From a candidate division WOR-3 bacterium (lineage in GTDB: Bacteria > Hydrothermota > Tepidihabitantia > Tepidihabitantales > Tepidihabitantaceae), in NCBI GenBank assembly GCA_965649205.1, contig CBFGJV010000029.1, forward strand, positions 1 through 19,483: a stretch of DNA of 19,483 bases. The letters run 5' to 3'. This document shows, in pieces, positions 15,244-19,483 of the stretch. Numbering within the stretch: the stretch's first letter is position 1; every line of letters begins with the position of its first letter. Under the pieces are notes generated by a model. It was not told the DNA's origin and did no database searches. It was given only the letters and a program-made list of their open reading frames with translations. The position numbers were made by a program, and so were the translations under genes.

Positions 15244-16492
15244 AGATGTCTCCTCTAAACGCCTTCCGCAACAGGGCGGCAGGCAGTTTGTTGATTGTTT
15301 CCAACTGGGCCTCAAGGGCCAGTCGGTGCTTCTCGGCCTCGGCCATACGTTCATTCAGCATCCCCGCAATCCGCCGCTGCTCGGAAAGGGGAGGAAGGGG
15401 AACCTCGAAGCCCTCGACGGTTTCCTTGGACACCTCCTTGAAAGTAGCCCCGCTGCCGAGTTCTTGTAGTTCGGGCACGAACAGCTTGAGCGCCCAGAAC
15501 AGGAACTCGCCGCTCACTTGGCCGGAGGGCACGAACGCCTTGCATCCTTGATTTGTGCACAGCGGCACGCGTGCAATGCCTAGGTGTCCAATTGGTGCTC
15601 GCGTGGACATCACAACCGCCCCGGCTGGTACAAGCTCCAGCGTAGCCGCAGAAAAGCCCGCCTTTGTTATCAGCCTTGCCGAACCATGGATGTCGCGGCC
15701 CGCAAGCTGGCCCAAATCTGCAGGTGTCACCCACACGATATCGCCGCCCCAGTACGCCTCGACCGCCGTGCTCGGCGTTGTGCCGGCGACGACCGTAGCT
15801 ACCTCTCCCAGTTTCACCCATCGCCAGCCGGGGGGAAGTTCCTGTCCGCGCTTCGGGAACACCTCGCGCAGGAAGGCGGCGGGCAGGGCGCGGCAGGCTT
15901 CAAGCTGGGCCTCGGTCGCCGCTCTAGCCTTCTCGACCTCCTGCATCTGCTCATTCAGAATCCCCGCAATCCGCCTCTGCTCGGAAAGGGGAGGAAGGGG
16001 GATGGCGAAGCTCTCGACCGCTTCTTTCGACACTTCCTTAAATGTGGTCCCGCTACCGAGTATCTGTAGTTCGGGCACGGCCAGCCTAAGTGCCCAGAAT
16101 AGGAATTCGGCATGTACCCGGTCCGACGGAACGAACGCCTTGCACCCTTGGTTTGTGCACAGCGGAATGCGTGCAATGCCCAGGTGGCCGATTGGCGCTC
16201 GCGTGGACATCACAACCGCACCGACAGGTACTAGCTCCAAGCCAGCAGCGTGGAATCCCGCCTTGGTTATCAATCTCGCCGAGCCGCATATTTCACGCCC
16301 GCCAAGCTGACCTAGGTCTGCGGGCGTTACCCACACTATGTCACCGCCCCAGTAATCATCGACGGCCGTACTTGGAGTCGTACCCGCGACCACCGTTGTC
16401 ACCTCTCCCAGCTTCACCCATCGCCAGCCGGGGGGAAGGGGACGTTGCGGGACGCTCTGAACGCTGAACGATGAGCGATGAGCGTCAGACAA
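15242..16492 (-). CDS. hsdS: Type I restriction-modification specificity subunit with two near-identical TRDs
   Basis: LPPGWRWVKLGEV...PLPPLSEQRRIA occurs twice with a 600-nt period; ends ALLRKAFRG; TTG start with GGAG RBS (exact start uncertain). Confidence 0.95.
   Translation of the reverse strand: MSDAHRSSFSVQSVPQRPLPPGWRWVKLGEVTTVVAGTTPSTAVDDYWGGDIVWVTPADLGQLGGREICGSARLITKAGFHAAGLELVPVGAVVMSTRAPIGHLGIARIPLCTNQGCKAFVPSDRVHAEFLFWALRLAVPELQILGSGTTFKEVSKEAVESFAIPLPPLSEQRRIAGILNEQMQEVEKARAATEAQLEACRALPAAFLREVFPKRGQELPPGWRWVKLGEVATVVAGTTPSTAVEAYWGGDIVWVTPADLGQLAGRDIHGSARLITKAGFSAATLELVPAGAVVMSTRAPIGHLGIARVPLCTNQGCKAFVPSGQVSGEFLFWALKLFVPELQELGSGATFKEVSKETVEGFEVPLPPLSEQRRIAGMLNERMAEAEKHRLALEAQLETINKLPAALLRKAFRGDI
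16457..16484. repeat. Orphan heptamer array (C/A)TGA(A/G)CG x4 at the hsdS 5' end
   Basis: CTGAACG CTGAACG ATGAGCG ATGAGCG. Confidence 0.8.
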
Positions 16493-17821
16493 CTACCGCG
16501 CTCCTTTCCTGCTGTTGCACCGAGCGCACAGCAGTTGGGCATTGCGGGGCGAAGTACGCCCGCCCTTTATCCAGGCGACTATATGGTCAGCATGGAAGTC
16601 GTCCCAGCGTAGTTTCCTCCCGCAGCGCGCACACTTGTTCTCGTCACGTTCCCAGATGAGGCGGCGCTGCTCTGGCGTGAACAGCCGCCGGTCATCTTTG
16701 TAGTCAAACAACGACCAGAGGACGTTGCGCAGTATCGTCCTTCGTCGCTCACGGTTAGGAGCGCCGTCGGTGTTACCCTGAACTGTCAGCAGGTAGTCGG
16801 AGTACAGGTGTGGTGTCTGTTTGGGCATCTTCGCCCGCTTCAGATGCTCGCGCAGGTCGTCCACGCCGGCCGACAGCCGCTTGAGCAGCCGGAACGCCAC
16901 CTTGTTTCTTCTCCGGTCGTGCAGGACAAATCCCTGCCCGCGCATCTCCCACACCAGCATAAAGAGGGTGTAGAAATCAACAGCATTATGGAACCGCGTC
17001 TCCCGGATGTCAGGAAACATCTTGCGTAGGGTGTTGAACGTAGCGGTGAACTCCCTTGATATACGCGCCAGGGTGTTGCCATTGATGCTGTCGTTGCCGA
17101 TGGCGCGGTCGAGCGCTGTCTTCCTGTTGATGATGCCGCCCTTATGAATGGACATCAGAAGCTCAGCTACCAACTCCGTGCCCTTCATACGGCCGATCTG
17201 TCCTTCTGAGAGAATCTTGTTTTCGAGTATCTGCCGCCGGTGCCGATGAACGAGCCTCTCTGCTTCCTTCAGGAATGGGCTGTTGTAGAACCTGGCGTGA
17301 CGCTTCTCGCCCGAGGTCAAAGGTTTGCCAGTCGAGTTGATTCGTACGAACAGGTCAATGATCTCAGAGAGCTCGCCCGTAACCTCGACGGTCTGGATCT
17401 TGTACGAGTCTATGGCGTTTCTGACCAGCGGAAAGTGCCGTTTGATGTCCCTATAGTCGTACCAGTCAGGACCATTCTCGTCGAGGTCGAGACGAACGGT
17501 GAAGCAGTCGCGCTTGAACCGTCCCTGGCGCATAAACATCAGGATTGTTTCCAGCCGCTGTTTGCCATCAATGACGTCGTAGATGAGTTTGCCGCCCCGT
17601 AGTGTACGCCGATACAAGAAAATGCTCGGTAGCGGGTAGGACGAGACAATCGACTGAATGAGCCGCCGGCGGTCGCTCAAGTTCCAGACCGAACGTCGTT
17701 GGAACCCGGGCTCAAGGTTGATCTGTTTGTGCCGGAACATCAGCAACAGCTCGTTGATAGTTCTCTCGCCGAAATCAGCGTGAATACGCTCGGGTGTCTT
17801 GGTCAGAGTTTGGGGGTTCAT
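16493..17821 (-). CDS. DUF262 (GmrSD N-terminal, ParB/Srx-like) plus C-terminal HNH endonuclease
   Basis: PGFQRRSVW, VIDGKQRL, LFVRINSTGKPLT (DUF262); CARC...ADHIVAWIKGGRT...NAQLLCARCN (HNH). Confidence 0.9.
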   Translation of the reverse strand: MNPQTLTKTPERIHADFGERTINELLLMFRHKQINLEPGFQRRSVWNLSDRRRLIQSIVSSYPLPSIFLYRRTLRGGKLIYDVIDGKQRLETILMFMRQGRFKRDCFTVRLDLDENGPDWYDYRDIKRHFPLVRNAIDSYKIQTVEVTGELSEIIDLFVRINSTGKPLTSGEKRHARFYNSPFLKEAERLVHRHRRQILENKILSEGQIGRMKGTELVAELLMSIHKGGIINRKTALDRAIGNDSINGNTLARISREFTATFNTLRKMFPDIRETRFHNAVDFYTLFMLVWEMRGQGFVLHDRRRNKVAFRLLKRLSAGVDDLREHLKRAKMPKQTPHLYSDYLLTVQGNTDGAPNRERRRTILRNVLWSLFDYKDDRRLFTPEQRRLIWERDENKCARCGRKLRWDDFHADHIVAWIKGGRTSPRNAQLLCARCNSRKGAR

Positions 17822-18006
17822 AGACTGTCCTCCTTTTGCGCAGGGGCGATGCCGGTGGAGTATTCCGAGTCTAGGAAGCGAACCCCGAGCATCGTCTCCA
17901 GGTTCTTTTCGACGACGTCCTGAAGTGATTTCTCAAGCGGCGTTGACTTGCCCGGCAGTTCGGTCGCCTTGTTGCCGCTGAGGCGGAAGAGCTTGATTTC
18001 GCTCAT
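17818..18006 (-). pseudogene. Truncated N-terminus of a DUF91/NucS-like (DUF5655-associated) endonuclease
   Basis: MSEIKLF...LEKSLQ.VVEKNLE.MLGVRFL.SEYSTG matches the N-terminus of that family from memory, but ends before the expected RID...IIEYK catalytic motif; AAGGAG RBS; ATGA-coupled to DUF262. Confidence 0.72.
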
Positions 18007-18045
18007 CGGACGCTCCTTTCGGAAAGAGCTGGGGAATAGGGCAAA

Positions 18046-18139
18046 GTCACAGCGTTACAGGTTGCAGCAAGAAAGTTACAGGTTACAGAGTTACAGGTCA
18101 CAGCAGAAAGGTTACAAGTTACAGGGTTACAGGTTATAT
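18046..18139. repeat. GTTACAG heptamer array downstream of four-helix-bundle gene 2
   Basis: About 11 exact or degenerate units, interrupted by 7-nt spacers CAAGAAA and CAGAAAG; contains the gene's TAA. Confidence 0.95.
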
Positions 18140-18627
18140 TGGTCATCGGCTTTGCGTTTGCGTTGTTCGGCCAGTTCGTCTAGAATCCGACGCCTTTCTT
18201 CCGCGGCTGCCACCGCCTGTTGTTGTCTTGCGTGTTGTTTCTGGCCCGGCATTCCGGAGCCCTGAAGGTATTCGATGAATCTGTACAGCATCGCGCTGAG
18301 CCGGCGGCATTGCGCAACAGTCGAATCGCAGTCTTCCGCGCTGATGTAGCCCTGGTCAAGGGCAATGCCGAGCTGGGCCCGGACTTCGCCGCAGGAGCCT
18401 TTGGCAACGTAGAGAAACTGCACGAGTTCCTGCGTCGTGCCGCGTTCGTGCCCTTCCGCGATGTTGGACACGATGGAGACCGCGGCCCGGCGAATCTGAT
18501 CAACCAGACTGCGGTCTTTGGTGAATGCCGGTTGCCGCGTGAGAGCATAGACCTGGTTGGTCAGTTCTCGCGCCTGCTGGTAGACCTTCAGTTCCTCGAA
18601 CTTCTGTACCGTTTCTTTTTCTTTCAT
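18127..18627 (-). CDS. Four helix bundle protein (23S rRNA-IVP / TIGR02436-like) with C-terminal helical extension
   Basis: FEELKVYQ.AREL...DQIRRAAVSIVSNIAEG.ER.T..E..QFLY.AKGSCGEVRAQL.IA.D.GYI. Start re-assigned to ATG 18627 after GAGGGGGAG; the ORF-track extension to 18663 only reads through the repeats. Confidence 0.94.
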   Translation of the reverse strand: MKEKETVQKFEELKVYQQARELTNQVYALTRQPAFTKDRSLVDQIRRAAVSIVSNIAEGHERGTTQELVQFLYVAKGSCGEVRAQLGIALDQGYISAEDCDSTVAQCRRLSAMLYRFIEYLQGSGMPGQKQHARQQQAVAAAEERRRILDELAEQRKRKADDQYNL

Positions 18628-18637
18628 CTCCCCCTCT

Positions 18638-18659
18638 CTGTAACCCTGTAACCTGTAAC
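18638..18659. repeat. CTGTAAC heptamer array upstream of four-helix-bundle gene 2, inverted relative to the downstream array
   Basis: CTGTAAC at 18638, 18646 and 18653, 6 nt after the hsdR stop. Confidence 0.93.
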
Positions 18660-18665
18660 ACATCT

Positions 18666-19483
18666 CTACGCCGCAAACAGTCTGACCTTGGTTTCTTTGA
18701 GTATTTTGGCCGGCTTGCCCAGTTCGGCTAGCGCTTTCACTCCGCCGGCACGTTTGACCTTCGGGGTCTGGAATACTTCCGGGTTTTCCAGTCCTTCGGT
18801 GCCCGCAAGGGCAAACTGGGCAGCAAGGGCTTTGAGGGTAGCGGCCGCGTTTTCGGGCAGGCTGGCAAGCCAGTCTGCGTGCTTGTAGTTGAATGCGTCT
18901 GCCCGGTCTGCGCGCGTGCGCGGAGCAAGGCCGTAGCCGAGTTCGGCCAGGACGTCGTACAGGTCATAGTCGTCCATTTCTTCGACCACCCGCACGACCG
19001 CGGGCGAGTAACCGGCTGTGACAAGCGCGTTGATAAGCGCGCGACGCTGGGAAGGTTCTACCCAGCGTTCGCGAAAGTCTTCCAGCGTGGGCGCTTCGGC
19101 CACGAGTCTGGCAGCCATCCGTTCCTTGTATTCTTCTACTGTGACGGGCATTGCCCTGCCATCCACTTCGGTCAGAATGTATTTGCCGGCCGGGGTGACG
19201 CGGACCTCGAATCCTTCTACGCGGATGGGCGGTTCAGGCGGAGGCTGGGGCTCGCGCTTTTCGCGCGGCCTGGCCGGTTTGGAGAGAAACTCCTCGCCGA
19301 ACAGCCGGGTAGCGTTGGTGTAGTCGTAGACCGTGAATGCTAGTTTGCCAGAAGGCGGGTCAATGCGCGTGCCCCGGCCTACCATTTGGTAGAAGGCAAT
19401 GGGCGATTTCACGTACTTAAAGAAGACAATGTTGCGCACGCAGGGTACGTCCACGCCGGTGGTCAGCAGGTCAACGGTGGTGG
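18666..19483 (-). CDS. hsdR: Type I restriction enzyme R subunit, C-terminal part (EcoAI/EcoEI-like); 5' end lies outside the window
   Basis: Frame is open to the edge: TTVDLLTTGVDVP (helicase motif V), QMVGRGTR (motif VI), then an EcoEI-R C-terminal-like region (DYDLYDVLAELGYG..PRTRADRA). Confidence 0.93.
   Translation of the reverse strand, partial: TTVDLLTTGVDVPCVRNIVFFKYVKSPIAFYQMVGRGTRIDPPSGKLAFTVYDYTNATRLFGEEFLSKPARPREKREPQPPPEPPIRVEGFEVRVTPAGKYILTEVDGRAMPVTVEEYKERMAARLVAEAPTLEDFRERWVEPSQRRALINALVTAGYSPAVVRVVEEMDDYDLYDVLAELGYGLAPRTRADRADAFNYKHADWLASLPENAAATLKALAAQFALAGTEGLENPEVFQTPKVKRAGGVKALAELGKPAKILKETKVRLFAA

Noticed and set aside
14748..18627. 23S rRNA gene with an intervening sequence
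   Set aside because: The flanks are hsd protein-coding genes; no rRNA sequence is recognisable.
13571..18659. CRISPR array or IS terminal inverted repeats
   Set aside because: Units are 7-bp tandem repeats without unique spacers, and there is no cas or transposase gene.

Overview
The left half (1-10 kb) encodes secreted or surface proteins: two tandem paralogous Kelch-like beta-propeller proteins with a T9SS-type C-terminal domain (the first runs off the window and is absent from the ORF track), a 1108-aa S8 subtilase with Ig/CARDB-like repeats, a degenerate 2H phosphoesterase, an AT-rich intergenic region holding a promoter/terminator-bounded ~145-nt RNA candidate, a flavin reductase-like protein and two tandem beta-helix lipoproteins. 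This repertoire suggests a candidate-phylum WOR-3-like bacterium (inference only). The right half (10.2-19.5 kb, all minus strand) is a defence island built on a type I restriction-modification operon: hsdR - four-helix-bundle gene - truncated DUF91/NucS-like gene - DUF262+HNH - hsdS - four-helix-bundle gene - fic - hsdM - PD-(D/E)XK nuclease - UDG-superfamily glycosylase - HNH remnant - small hypotheticals. The most striking unexplained structure is that each four-helix-bundle (23S-IVP/Avd-like) gene is bracketed by INVERTED tandem arrays of its own 7-bp unit (ATTTTGG/CCAAAAT and GTTACAG/CTGTAAC). The arrays overlap the stop codons of these genes, are translated as the N-terminus of HsdM, and form direct repeats around fic. 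A third, orphan heptamer array lies at the start of hsdS.
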